DNA of 64,000 nt from Phyllobates terribilis (GCF_046119375.1 NW_027362771.1:599292001-599356000); one strand, 5' to 3'; shown: positions 32,271 through 60,037, counted from the first letter of the stretch. A program made the numbers and translations. The notes: generated from the sequence alone by a model not told the origin.

Positions 32271-33955
32271 TAAGACTATTGCAAGGGCAGGTCCACTTCT
32301 CAAGGTGAGACGATACTGGAGCACAATCAGTTCACCCCACAAGTCTGTGCCACACATTTTATACCCACACACAAAGACGGTGTGAGAAAACCAGCCAGGA
32401 CGTGCCAAAACTTTACCACATTACATGCTCAAGTGTCTATAAGTATATCATGGAGTCCAAAGTGTCACCGTTGGTGGCTCTTGCCCAATTCTGAGCCCAC
32501 AGTCCTGTTTCCACCACGGTCTGCAGCACCCGACGTCTTCACTTAAGAATTACAGACGCCGATTCCCCCCCCCCCCCCTCAGTCTCAGGTCCGGACACGG
32601 ACCCCTGGAGACCATCAGCACCCGTCCCCTGTAGGCACAGCTTATCCACTAGCAATGGCAGCTCCATAATATTATCAGGGGTCCCAGAGTCATCACTGCA
32701 GAAAACAGACCTAAAACTTGTAGTAAATATTTTTTTTGGGGGGGGGGGGTACAACACCTAGGTGTGCAAAAGCTGCGCCATCTGTGGCCCTGATTCATCA
32801 TTTGGTTTTTTTTGTTGTTCGCATGCAGCGGATCAATTCTATACAACATGACAGAGATTTTATTTTTTTTAAGCAAAAAAGTTGCATGATCCATTATAAC
32901 TTTTAATATAGAAAAAAAAAAAAAAGTGCAAAATGATGAATCGGGGCCCATGTACCTAGTACACGGCCTGTGAAAGATTTACAGCCTGTCACTACAAGGG
33001 AATCAAGAAATGACTTCCATCAAATTAAAAAGAAAAATAATAATTATATAAACTATTAACCTGATTAATACCAATCCTGATATAGGGAAAAAAAAATAGA
33101 AAATCTTGCAAATTTCACAACATTCTCCACTGTGACTTTTTTTTTCCCCCCTCATTCTAACATAAAATCATGGTATAGAAAAAAAATTGTTAATTAACAA
33201 AAAACCTAGTCGTTTTCCGATGATCGTTTCCCTTTCGAGGGGTTGTCCACCTTTTGAGGCCATTTTTTCCCTTGCGTATGCTCACATATTTGGAGTGGAG
33301 ATACATCTTTTTTTTTTTTTTCAATTCGGTCTTGTTAAAGTTTTCTTGCACAGTTTGCACCATTTCTGGTGAGTTCAGTCTGACAGGAGAGTTTTGTAAC
33401 TTTCAAGTCGCAGTCAGACGGCCATATTACTCGCATGAGGATTGCATTGCACAGACTGGCCGGCGGCTCTCCTGACTCGAGTGCTACAGCTGCATAGAAA
33501 TACATGCCGACACGGTCAGGGAGGGGGGGGGGGGGCGATGGCCAGTCCGAGAATTGTAATCGATCTTTTCTTCATCATTACTGGCAGGACAAGTCATACC
33601 GATAGTCCGGCACCACAGGTATACTCCTTACCATGAGGTCAGGGCAGACTCTACATGGTGTGGAGCTACTGCTGTAGTCCATACCAAGCAGGTGTCTTCC
33701 CCTGCAGCTCCATCTCCCCTCTCACAGCATGCAGTCTCCCAGACAGCTGCATCTCCCTCCCTCCAGCCATCTTTTTACTGTACCACCCCAGCTCTGTCCC
33801 AGTTATAGGATAGATGGTAACTGACTCCAATAATGTGGGGGTTCTTGTCGATTTACTCTACTGTATGCCGGGCAGGTGAGAGAACAACATGCAGCAACTC
33901 AGCCTCCATTGCTGGGGGTATAACGTGGGACAGGTCACACGACCGATGGAGAATC

Positions 33956-33961
33956 TTTATT
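33956..33961 (-). terminator. COPS6 polyadenylation signal AATAAA
   Basis: AATAAA on the minus strand about 50 nt after the stop codon. Confidence 0.7.
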
Positions 33962-34012
33962 TGCAATGACATAACACACAGAGCTCCGCGCACAGTCCTC
34001 ATCACCACAGTC

Positions 34013-48186
<14,174 letters not shown>

Positions 48187-48420
48187 CTTGCTGCACCCCG
48201 CTGGCTGCGTCCCTCAGTGCGGTTGTGATGGACGAGAGCGGCAGTATGCGCACGCGCGATATGAAAGCATATTGCGCCTGCGTGCTGGCTTTATGTAAAT
48301 GCTGCCTGTAGGGGCGCTGCAGTACACGCAGTTATAATAGCTGAGACAGACGTGAAGAGTAGGAATCGCAACCACACAACCTGGACGCCGCCTAGTGGCC
48401 ACTCTCGCTACTGCAGCTCA
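48187..48420 (-). promoter_or_regulatory. COPS6 proximal promoter (CpG-rich)
   Basis: YY1-type AAGATGGCG overlaps the start codon; NRF1-like TGCGCACGCGC at about 48247 and TGCGCCTGCG at about 48273. Confidence 0.55.
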
Positions 48421-48524
48421 GATCACATTAATTTAAAGGGGCTGAGCTGCATTACTGAGAATGGACACTACACCATGTGCGGTGCTGCACATGGATCCCC
48501 CACCAGCCTTATATTGATGACCTA

Positions 48525-48900
48525 CAGTACAGACCAAAAGTTTGGACACACCTTCTCATTTAAAGATTTTTCTGTATTTTCATGACTATGAAAATTGTAC
48601 ATTCACACTGAAGGCATCAAAACTATGAATTACCACATGTGGAATTATATACTTAACAAAAAAGTGTGAAACAACTGGAAATATGTCTTATATTCTAGGT
48701 TCTTCAAAGTAGCCACCTTTTGCTTTGATGACTGCTTTGCACACTCTTGGCATTCTCTTGATGAGCTTCAAGAGGTAGTCACCGGAAATGGTCTTCACTT
48801 CACAGGTGTGCCCTGTCAGGTTTAATAAGTGGGATTTCTTGCCTTATAAATGGGGTTGGGACCATCAGTTGTGTTGTGCAGAAGTCAGGTGGATACACAG
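48525..48900 (+). mobile_element. Tc1 left-end fragment, joined to a Harbinger MITE right-end fragment ending about 48998
   Basis: TA|CAGTACAGACCAAAAGTTTGGACACACC terminus, then an abrupt switch to ..CGTGGGCACATACCCT. Confidence 0.75.
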
Positions 48901-50395
48901 CGGATTTACCTGTGTTCAATAGAGCGCAGCCTATTAGATGCAGCAAAAATATGCTGCGTCCAAAGCACTTCTACGTCCGGATCGTGGGCACATACCCTCT
49001 GTGTCCAGTTTGCCTGTTCATCAATACTGCCTGCAGTTAGCCAATTGTTTGCTGATTGCATACACTTCTGCCATTGACCATGCTGCTGATGGCAGGCAAC
49101 TACAATTAATAATTTGATTGCCGCAAGTCCTGGACAACCATACATGTGCAGTTCCTGAGTATATCCACACTCATGGCTCTTTGTCTTCTGGTGTTCCTGC
49201 TCCGCTTGTTTGCCTGCTGTCCTGGTCCTCGGTGATCTATGTGCTGTTCAGCAAGTTTTGCCCACTGTGCCTTCACCTTTGTTCAGAGTTGCTCACCCTG
49301 ACCCATGACTCGGAGAATCCACCTCATCAGGTGAGCCCATAATAGTCTCCTTCTACATTGTTGGCTGCACAGGCTGGAGCTTCCTGCTTTGTTCTGAGAC
49401 AGCGAGTGCTGCTCACCCCTACTTGCTCACTAGCTATGATTCAGACACTTCTGCTGGTCCTTATTTTTTGTAAGTGGGTGTCGGATTAATTTTCCACGTT
49501 TTTACATAAACCTCTTAGTGGCTGTATTTCTACAGATCCTGTATAGAGGGGCATAAATAATGAACTATTAAACTTCTTAAGATCTCTGGAAATAGAAGTT
49601 GTAGACGTCCTCTGCTAGAGAGCCTTTCCTGTCTATATCTAATGGTGACTCCAATCTTACATATCACTCTCCTCGATCTATCAGAAGTCTGTAGAAGCCT
49701 TTCTTGCTCTCCTGCCATCAGAACGAGCCTCACCCTGAGGTCAAAGTGTTGACATTTTATTTAACTAGCAATCATGGAGAGAAACATGCCAACCTGAAAC
49801 TTCATTTTGAGAACTATGTTAGTCCTTTATTTAGACCCTTGAACTTCGTCATTGGCAACTTCACTCTTCATCGCGTCAGACTGTATGATTACTTTTGAAT
49901 CTCCTTCGGTCACTGAAGATTCCACTAAATGATGGAGTGTTTTGAAAGTAATATTGGTCCAAGCCGACAGCATAGCTTCCTGCAAAGAAGCTAAAGAAGG
50001 AGGTGCAGACATGCTCTAAACAACCCGTTCTACCATCCAACAGATTCCTGATAGGACTAGGATTAGGGGATCACGAAGGCCAATGAAGCAAACGCGTTGG
50101 AGCCGATCCATCACTTTACGACCTTCATTGCATTATACTTCTGCTTACGTAGCAGCAATGCTAGGGATAAACTTGTTCAGTCAACCTTACTGTCCAGACG
50201 GCCATCCACAGGTATCAGAGGAACCAGGGTTTGCCAGGAAAGCATTCCCCACATCATTATTCAACCTCTACTGAGAAGGGTTCATCCATCAACAGCTATT
50301 AGAGGAGCTAAGAAAACATCCACCTAGAGCACAGATTTGAAACTCTGGCCAAATCTGGCTGCATAGTGATTATATTTGGCCCGCAATGCTGACAC

Positions 50396-51511
50396 TGCCC
50401 CCACATTATATTGTATGGAGGACTATTTGGGTCCATTACACTGTGGAGGACTATGTGGGGCCATTATACTGTATGGAGGACTATGTGGGTCCATTATACT
50501 GTATGGAGGACTATGTGGGTCCATTATACTGTATGGAGGACTATTTGGGTCCATTACACTGTATGGAGGACTATGTGGGGCCATTATACTGTATGGAGGA
50601 CTATGTGGGGCCATTATTCTGTATGGAGGACTATGTGGGGCCATTATACTGTATGGAGGACTATTTGGGTCCATTATACTGTATGTAGGACTATGTGGGG
50701 CCATTATACTGTGTGGAGGACTACTTGGGGTCATTATACTGTATGGAGGACTATGTGGGGCCATTATACTGTATGGAGGACTATGTGGGGCCCATTATTC
50801 TGTATGGAGGACTATGTGGTGCCATTATACTGTATGGAGGACTATGTGGGGCCCATTATACTGTATGGAGGACTATGTGGTGCCATTATACTGTATGGAG
50901 GACTATGTGGGGCCCATTATACTGTATGGAGGACTATGTGGGGCCCATTATACTGTGTGGAGCACTATGTGGGACCGATTATTCTGTATGGAGGACTATG
51001 TGGGCCCCATTATACTGTATGGAGGACTATTTGGGGCCCATTATACTGTATGGAGCACTATATGGGCCCCATTATTCTTTACGGAGGACTATGTGAGGCC
51101 CATTATTCTATATGGAAAACTGTGTGGGGCCCATTATTCTGTATGGAGGACTGTGTGGGGCCCATTATTCTGTATGGAGGACTATGTGGGGGTATTATTC
51201 TGTATGGAGGACTATGTGGGACTCATTATACTGTATGGAGGACTATGGGGCTCATTGTACTGTATGGAGGACTATGTGGGGCTCATTGTACTGTATGAAG
51301 GACTATGTGGGGCTCATTATACTGTATGGAGGACTATGTGGGGCTCATTATACTGTATGGAGGACTATGTGGGACTCATTATACTGTATGGAGCACTATG
51401 TGGGGCCCATTATACTGTTATACTGTATGGAGGACTATGTGGGGCTCATTATACTGTATGGATCACTATGTGGGGCCCATTATTCTGTATGGAGGACTAT
51501 GTGGAGCCCAT
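50396..51511. repeat. 30/31-bp minisatellite (GGGGCCATTATACTGTATGGAGGACTATGT), about 36 units
   Basis: 30-bp period at 50460-50780, then 31-bp units; periodic ORFs. Confidence 0.95.
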
Positions 51512-52009
51512 TATCCTTTTTGTAGGGCTGTTAATTTCAAGGTTGTTCAGCGACTTTGTCCAAGTTTTTTATCTTGTCCCTCTCATTATTTAAGTTTGAC
51601 ATTCCTGATATAGTGGTAACGGATGAGCCGGAGTGTGCCAAGAACAGTATAATGCCTCTGATACCTCTTGCTTCACAACCACCTATCCACAGGTATCAGA
51701 GGAGTTGGAGTGTGCCAAGAATACTGTGACCCGTCTGATACCTGTTTGTCCACCAGGAAGAGGTCATCCATCCACAGGTATCAGAGTAGTACAGCCTTAT
51801 CAGAAAAAAAGGGTTTTTATAGCTTTAGGCTGGATAACAATCCATACAAAATGTATCTGGAGCAGATATTGAGAAATTGCCGCCCACACGCCACTTCTGA
51901 CCTTTTGGTTGTCCTCTCCAGAAAGATGACAGGGACAGTTAAATTGACGGAAATCAAATGTGTACACCTGATCAGAGTAGACGCGTACAGATGCAAGTGA
52001 ACTACACGC

Positions 52010-53244
52010 TGTAACGGGTCTGGGAGACGGAACCTCTGAGCTACTATACAAGGGGGCAGTCCTTGTAAGGGAGCGGGTGGCGACCAGGGAAGACGGGCAG
52101 GAGGTCACAGCAGGTGACCGGGACAGTCTCTGAGTGAACGGGCTGGAGGTCACGGCAAGTGACCGGGGCAGTCTCTGAATGTACGGGCAGATGGTCACGG
52201 CAAGTGACCGGGGCAGTCTCTGGATGAACGGGCAGATGGTCACGGCAAGTGACCGGGGCAGTCTCTGGATGAACGGGCAGATGGTCACGGCAAGTGACCG
52301 GGGCAGTCTCTGGATGAACGGGCAGATGGTCACGGCAAGTGACCGGGGCAGTCTCTAGGTAAAGGGTTGGTACGACCTGTGGCGGCTGATGGTAGACGTG
52401 AGCTCCCAGGTGAGCAGGCGAGAGTCTCTGGATGAACGGGTGGTCACAGCTTGTGACGGCGGAGCCTCCAGGAAGACCAACAGACAGGCGGCAGATGAGC
52501 GCTCCCAGGTGAGCGGGCAGAAGTCTCTGGACAGGAGGGTGGTCACAGCACGTGACGGCAGAGCCTCCAGGTAGGCTAGCAGACTGGCAACAGATGAGCG
52601 CTCCCAGGTGAGCGAGCAGGAGTCACTGGACAGGCAGGTGGTCACAGCACGTGACGGCGGAGCCTCCAGGTAGACTAGCAGGCAGGTAGCTGGTGTGTGC
52701 TCCCAGGTGAGCGGGCAAGCTGGTCCATAGACAGACTGACAGGAGATGGAAGGCAGACCGTCGGACCTCAGGCAAGCAGGCAGGTGGCTGATGTGCGCTC
52801 CCAGGTGAGCGGGCAGGCTGGTCCTTAGACAGACTGACAGGAGTAGTAAGGCAGACCGTCGGACCTCAGACTAGCAGGCAGGTAGCAGATAATCAGGCAG
52901 GAATCTGGCAGGTAACTGGCAGGTAACTGGCAGGTAACTGGCAACGGGACCTGAGGGCTGAAGCAGAGTAGTGAACAGTGCAACAACATTGCTCGGGCAC
53001 CTCCATTTTGGAGGAGGTGCCTTAAATATGGTGAAGTCCTCCGGCCATTGGCCGGGGACTCCTTAGGACGGCGCGCGCGGCCCCTTTAAGAGGGAGGGAG
53101 AGCGCGCGCGCGCGCGCCCTAAGCACAGTGGACGGGAAGGAGCGCGCGCTGCCAGCAGAGCGGGAGGAGGACGCCGGGCACGGAGCAGGGAGGTGAGGGG
53201 AACAGCGTCCCTGCCTAGCAGAGGGCAGGGACGCCGGCGCTACA
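52010..53244 (-). mobile_element. Solo LTR with internal 45-bp and larger tandem repeats
   Basis: TGTAAC...GCTACA termini; 5-bp TSD CACGC (52005-52009 and 53245-53249). Orientation is inferred from minus-strand CCAAT and TTTAA motifs. Confidence 0.85.
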
Positions 53245-53271
53245 CACGCACTGCATTGCCCAATGCACATG

Positions 53272-56200
53272 TCTGTTTGTATGAGCTCCTCTCAGTCTGT
53301 GCACCTGTCTGTAAGTGCTCCTCTCAGTCTGTGTGCCTGTCTGTAAGTGCTCCTCTCAGTCTGTGCACCTGTCTGTAAGCTCTCCTCTCAGTCTGTGCAC
53401 CTGTCTGTAAGCTCTCCTCTCAGTCTGTGTTCCTGTCTGTAAGCGCTCCTCTCAGTCTGTGCACCTGTCTGTAAGCTCTCCTCTCAGTCTGTGCACCTGT
53501 CTGTAAGCTCTCCTCTCAGTCTGTGTTCCTGTCTGTAAGCGCTCCTCTCAGTCTATGCACCTGTCTGTAAGCGCTCCTCTCAGTCTGTGCACCTGTCTGT
53601 AAGCTCTCCTCTCAGTCTGTGTTCCTGTCTGTAAGCGCTCCTCTCAGTCTGTGCTCCTGTCTGTAAGTGCTCCTCTCAGTCTGTGCTCCTGTCTGTAAGT
53701 GCTCCTCTCAGTCTGTGCTCCTGTCTGTAAGTGCTCCTCTCAGTCTGTGTTCCTGTCTGTAAGCACTCCTCTCAGTCTGTGCACCTGTCTGTAAGTGCTC
53801 CTCTCAGTCTGTGTGCCTGTCTGTAAGTGCTCCTCTCAGTCTGTGCACCTGTCTGTAAGCTCTCCTCTCAGTCTGTGCACCTGTCTGTAAGCTCTCCTCT
53901 CAGTCTGTGTTCCTGTCTGTAAGCGCTCCTCTCAGTCTGTGCACCTGTCTGTAAGCTCTCCTCTCAGTCTGTGCACCTGTCTGTAAGCTCTCCTCTCAGT
54001 CTGTGTTCCTGTCTGTAAGCGCTCCTCTCAGTCTATGCACCTGTCTGTAAGCGCTCCTCTCAGTCTGTGCACCTGTCTGTAAGCTCTCCTCTCAGTCTGT
54101 GTTCCTGTCTGTAAGCGCTCCTCTCAGTCTGTGCTCCTGTCTGTAAGTGCTCCTCTCAGTCTGTGCTCCTGTCTGTAAGTGCTCCTCTCAGTCTGTGCTC
54201 CTGTCTGTAAGTGCTCCTCTCAGTCTGTGTTCCTGTCTGTAAGCACTCCTCTCAGTCTGTGCTCCTGTCTGTAAGCGCTCCTCTCAGTCTGTGCTCCTGT
54301 CTGTAAGCGCTCCTCTCAGTCTGTGCACCTGTCTGTAAGCGCTCCTCTCAGTCTGTGCTCCTGTCTGTAGGCGCTCCTCTCAGTCTGTGTTCCTGTCTGT
54401 AAGCGCTCCTCTCAGTCTGTGCACCTGTCTGTAAGCGCTCCTCTCAGTCTGTGCACCTGTCTGTAAGCGCTCCTCTCAGTCTGTGTGCCTGTCTGTAAGC
54501 GCTCCTCTCAGTCTGTGCACCTGTCTGTAAGCGCTCCTCTCAGTCTGTGCACCTGTCTGTAAGTGCTCCTCTCAGTCTGTGTGCCTGTCTGTAAGCGCAC
54601 CTCTCAGTCTGTGCACCTGTCTGTAAGTGCTCCTCTCAATCTGTGCTCCTGTCTGTAAGCGCTCCTCTCAGTCTGTGTTCCTGTCTGTAAGCGCTCCTCT
54701 CAGTCTGTGTTCCTGTCTGTAAGCGCTCCTCTCAGTCTGTGTTCCTGTCTGTAAGCGCTCCTCTCAGTCTGTGTTCCTGTCTGTAAGCGCTCCTCTCAGT
54801 CTGTGCGCCTGTCTGTAAGTGCTCCTCTCAGTCTGTGCACCTGTCTGTAAGCGCTCCTCTCAGTCTGTGCTCCTGTCTGTAGGTGCTCCTCTCAGTCTGT
54901 GTTCCCGTCTGTACACGCTCCTCTTAGTCTGTGTTCCTGTCTGTAAGCGCTCCTCTCAGTCTGTGCTCCTGTCTGTAAGCGCTCCTCTCAGTCTGTGTTC
55001 CTGTCTGTAGTCTGTAAGCGCTCCTCTCAGTCTGTGCTCCTGTCTGTAAGCGCTCCTCTCAGTCTGTGCTCCTGTCTGTAAGTGCTCCTCTCAGTCTGTG
55101 CACCTGTCTGTAAGCGCTGCTCTCAGTCTGTGCTCCTGTCTGTAGTCTGTAAGCGCTCCTTTCAGTCTGTGCTCCTGTCTGTAAGCGCTCCTCTCAGTCT
55201 GTGCTCCTGTCTGTAAGCGCTCCTCTCAGTCTGTGCTCCTGTCTGTAAGCGCTCCTCTCAGTCTGTGCACCTGTCTGTAAGCGCTCCTCTCAGTCTGTGC
55301 ACCTGTCTGTAAGCGCTCCTCTCAGTCTGTGCTCCTGTCTGTAGTCTGTAAGCGCTCCTCTCAGTCTGTGCTCCTGCCTGTAAGCGCTCCTCTCAGTCGG
55401 TGCTCCTGTCTGTAAGCGCTCCTCTCAGTCTGTGCACCTGTCTGTAAGCGCTCTTCTCAGTCTGTGCTCCTGTCTGTAATCTGTAAGCGCTCCTCTCAGT
55501 CTGTGCTCCTGTCTGTAAGCGCTCCTCTCAGTCTGTGCTCCTGTCTGCACGTGCTCCTCTCAGTCGGTGCGCCTGTCTGTAAGTGCTCGTCTCAGTCTGT
55601 GCGCCTGTCTGTAAGCGCTCCTCTCAGGCTATGCACCTGTCTGTAAGCGCTCCTCTCAGTCTGTGTGCCTGTCTGTAAGCGCTCCTCTCAGTCTGTGCTC
55701 CTGTCTGTACGTGCTCCTCTCAGTCTGTGTTCCTGTCTGTAAGCGCTCCTCTTAGTCTGTGTTCCTGTCTGTAAGCGCTCCTCTCAGTCTGTGTTCCCGT
55801 CTGTACGTGCTCCTCTTAGTCTGTGTTCCTGTCTGTAAGCGCTCCTCTCAGTCTGTGCGCCTCTCTGTAGGCGCTCCTCTCAGTCTGTGCACCTGTCTGT
55901 AAGCACTCCTCTCAGTCTGTGTTCCTGTCTGTAGTCTGTAAGCGCTCCTCTCAGTCTGTGCTCCTGTCTGTAAGCGCTCCTCTCAGTCTGTGCTCCTGTC
56001 TGTAAGCGCTCCTCTCAGTCTGTGCACCTGTCTGTAAGCGCTCCTCTCAGTCTGTGCTCCTGTCTGTAGTCTGTAAGCGCTCCTCTCAGTCTGTGCTCCT
56101 GTCTGTAAGCGCTCCTCTCAGTCTGTGCTCCTGTCTGTAAGCGCTCCTCTCAGTCTGTGCACCTGTCTGTAGGCGCTCCTTTCAGTCTGTGCGCCTGTCT

Positions 56201-59200
56201 GTAAGCGCTCCTCTCAGTCTGTGTTCCTGTCTGTAGGCGCTCCTTTCAGTCTGTGCGCCTGTCTGCCTGTAGGCGCTCCTCTCAGTCTGTGTTCCCGTCT
56301 GTAAGCGCTCCTCTCAGTCTGTGTTCCTGTCTGTAAGTGCTCCTCTCAGTCTGTGTTCCTGTCTGTATGCACTCCTCTCAGTCTGTGTTCCCGTCTGTAA
56401 GCGCTCCTCTCAGTCTGTGCTCCTGTCTGTAAGCGCTCCTCTCAGTCTGTGTTCCCGTCTGTAAGCACTCCTCTCAGTCTGTGTTCCTGTCTGTAAGCGC
56501 TCCTCTCAGTCTGTGCACCTGTCTGTAAGCACTCCTCTCAGTCTGTGTTCCCGTCTGCAAGCTCTCCTCTCAGTCTGTGCACCTGTCTGTAAGCGCTCCT
56601 CTCAGTCTGTGCGCCTGTCTGTAAGCGCTCCTCTCAGTCTGTGCACCTGTCTGTAAGCGCTCCTCTCAGTCTGTGTTTCTGTCTGTAAGCGCTCCTCTCA
56701 GTGTGTGTTCCTGTCTGTAGTCTGTAAGCGCTCCTCTCAGTCTGTGCGCCTCTCTGTAGGCGCTTCTCTCAGTCTGTGCTCCTGTCTGTAAGCGCTCCTG
56801 TCAGTCTGTGCGCCTGTCTGTAAGCGCTCCTCTCAGTCTGTGCGCCTGTCTGTAAGCGCTCCTCTCAGTCTGTGCTCCTGTCTGTAAGCGCTCCTCTCAG
56901 TCTGTGCTCCTGTCTGTAAGCGCTCCTCTCAGTTTGTGCGCCTGTCTGTAAGCGCTCCTCTCAGTCTGTGCTCCTGTCTGTAAGGGCTCCTCTCAGTCTG
57001 TGCTCCTGTCTGTAAGCTCTCCTCTCAGTCTGTGCTCCTGTCTGTAAGCGCTCCTCTCAGTCTGTGCACCTGTCTGTAAGCACTCCTCTCAGTCTGTGTT
57101 CCTGTCTGTAGTCTGTAAGTGCTCCTCTCAGTCTGTGCGCTTCTCTGTAGGCGCTCCTCTCAGTCTGTGCTCCTGTCTGTAGTCTGTAAGCGCTCCTCTC
57201 AGTCTGTGCTCCTGCCTGTAAGCGCTCCTCTCAGTCTGTGCTCCTGTCTGTAAGCGCTCCTCTCAGTCTGTGCACCTGTCTGTAAGCGCTCCTCTCAGTC
57301 TGTGCTCCTGTCTGTAGTCTGTAAGCGCTCCTCTCAGTCTGTTCTCCTGTCTGTAAGCGCTCCTCTCAGTCTGTGTTCCTGTCTGTAGGCGCTCCTTTCA
57401 GTCTGTGCGCCTGTCTGCCTGTAGGCGCTCCTCTCAGTCTGTGTTCCCGTCTGTAAGCGCTCCTCTCAGTCTGTGTTCCTGTCTGTAAGTGCTCCTCTCA
57501 GTCTGTGTTCCTGTCTGTATGCACTCCTCTCAGTCTGTGTTCCCGTCTGTAAGCGCTCCTCTCAGTCTGTGCTCCTGTCTGTAAGCGCTCCTCTCAGTCT
57601 GTGTTCCCGTCTGTAAGCACTCCTCTCAGTCTGTGTTCCTGTCTGTAAGCGCTCCTCTCAGTCTGTGCACCTGTCTGTAAGCACTCCTCTCAGTCTGTGT
57701 TCCCGTCTGCAAGCTCTCCTCTCAGTCTGTGCACCTGTCTGTAAGCGCTCCTCTCAGTCTGTGCGCCTGTCTGTAAGCGCTCCTTTCAGTCTGTGCACCT
57801 GTCTGTAAGCGCTCCTCTCAGTCTGTGTTTCTGTCTATAAGCGCTCCTCTCAGTGTGTGTTCCTGTCTGTAGTCTGTAAGCGCTCCTCTCAGTCTGTGCG
57901 CCTCTCTGTAGGCGCTTCTCTCAGTCTGTGCTCCTGTCTGTAAGCGCTCCTGTCAGTCTGTGCGCCTGTCTGTAAGCGCTCCTCTCAGTCTGTGCGCCTG
58001 TCTGTAAGCGCTCCTCTCAGTCTGTGCTCCTGTCTGTAAGGGCTCCTCTCAGTCTGTGCTCCTGTCTGTAAGGGCTCCTCTCAGTCTGTGTTCCTGTCTG
58101 TAAGCTCTCCTCTCAGTCTGTGCTCCTGTCTGTAAGCGCTCCTCTCAGTCTGTGCACCTGTCTGTAAGCACTCCTCTCAGTCTGTGCTCCTGTCTGTAAG
58201 GGCTCCTCTCAGTCTGTGCTCCTGTCTGTAAGCTCTCCTCTCAGTCTGTGCTCCTGTCTGTAAGCGCTCCTCTCAGTCTGTGCACCTGTCTGTAAGCACT
58301 CCTCTCAGTCTGTGCACCTGTCTGTAAGCACTCCTCTCAGTCTGTGTTCCTGTCTGTAGTCTGTAAGCACTCCTCTCAGTCTGTGCGCCTCTCTGTGGGC
58401 GCTTCTCTCAGTCTGTGCTCCTGTCTGTAAGCGCTCCTCTCAGTCTGTGCGCCTGTCTGTAAGCGCTCCTCTCAGTCTGTGCGCCTGTCTGTAAGCGCTC
58501 CTCTCAGTCTGTGCGCCTGTCTGTAAGCGCTCCTCTCAGTCTGTGCTCCTGTCTGTAAGGGCTCCTCTCAGTCTGTGCTCCTGTCTGTAAGCTCTCCTCT
58601 CAGTCTGTGCTCCTGTCTGTAAGCGCTCCTCTCAGTCTGTGCACCTGTCTGTAAGCACTCCTCTCAGTCTGTGTTCCTGTCTGTAGTCTGTAAGCGCTCC
58701 TCTCAGTCTGTGCGCTTCTCTGTAGGCGCTCCTCTCAGTCTGTGCTCCTGTCTGTAAGCGCTCCTCTCAGTCTGTGCTCTTGTCTGTAAGGGCTCCTCTC
58801 AGTCTGTGCTCCTGTCTGTAAGCTCTCCTCTCAGTCTGTGCTCCTGTCTGTAAGCGCTCCTCTCAGTCTGTGCTCCTGTCTGTAAGCGCTCCTCTCAGTC
58901 TGTGCTCCTGTCTGTAAGCACTCCTCTCAGTCTGTGTTCCTGTCTGTAGTCTGTAAGCTCTCCTCTCAGTCTGTGTTCCTGTCTGTAGGCGCTCCTCTCA
59001 GTCTGTGCGCCTGTGTGTAAGCGCTCCTTTCAGTCTGTGTTCCTGTCTGTAGTCTGTAAGCGCTCCTCTCAGTCTGTGCACCTGTCTGTAAGCGCTCCTC
59101 TCAGTCTGTGTTCCCGTCTGTAAGCTCTCCTCTCAGTCTGTGTTCCTGTCTGTAGTCTGTAAGCGCTCCTCTCAGTCTGTGCACCTGTCTGTATGCACTC

Positions 59201-60037
59201 CTCTCAGTCTGTGCGCCTGTGTGTAAGCGCTCCTCTCAGTCTGTGCTCCTGTCTGTAAGCACTCCTCTCAGTCTGTGTTCCTGTCTGTAGTCTGTAAGCG
59301 CTCCTCTCAGTCTGTGCTCCTGTCTGTAAGCGCTCCTCTCAGTCTGTGCTCCTGTCTGTAAGCTCTCCTCTCAGTCTGTGCTCCTGTCTGTAAGCACTCC
59401 TCTCAGTCTGTGTTCCTGTCTGTAGTCTGTAAGCGCTCCTCTCAGTCTGTGCTCTTGTCTGTAAGCGCTCCTCTCAGTCTGTGTTCCTGTCTGTAAGCGC
59501 TCCTCTCAGTCTGTGCTCCTGTCTGTAAGTGCTCCTCTTAGTCTGTGCACCTGTCTGTAAGCGCTCCTCTCAGTCTGTGCTCCTGTCTGTAAGCGCTCCT
59601 CTCAGTCTGTGCACCTGTCTGTAAGCGCTCCTCTCAGTCTGTGCTCCTGTCTGTAAGCGCTCCTCTCAGTCTGTGCTCCTGTCTGTAAGCGCTCCTCTCA
59701 GTCTGTGCTCCTGTCTGTAAGCGCTCCTCTCAGTCTGTGTTCCTGTCTGTAAGCGCTGCTCTCAGTCTGTGTTCCTGTCTGTAAGCGCTCCTTTCAGTCT
59801 GTGTTCCTGTCTGTAAGCGCTGCTCTCAGTCTATGTTCCTGTCTGTAAGCGCTGCTCTCAGTCTATGTTCCTGTCTGTAAGCGCTCCTTTCAGTCTGTGT
59901 TCCTGTCTGTAAGCGCTGCTCTCAGTCTATGTTCCTGTCTGTAAGCGCTGCTCTCAGTCTATGTTCCTGTCTGTAAGCGCTCCTTTCAGTCTGTGTTCCT
60001 GTCTGTAAGCGCTCCTTTCAGTCTGTGCGCCTGTCTG
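53272..60037. repeat. 32-bp satellite, about 6.8 kb (about 200 units), with 39-bp variants and higher-order duplications
   Basis: Unit CCTGTCTGTAAGCGCTCCTCTCAGTCTGTGCT. Confidence 0.97.

Noticed and set aside
49827-50012. 61-aa ORF on the minus strand
   Set aside because: Resembles a decayed Tc1 transposase C-terminus (LQEAMLSAWTNI..LHHLVES); not a gene, and element ends could not be defined.
50376-51593. 405-aa and 295-aa periodic ORFs
   Set aside because: Artefacts of the 30/31-bp minisatellite.
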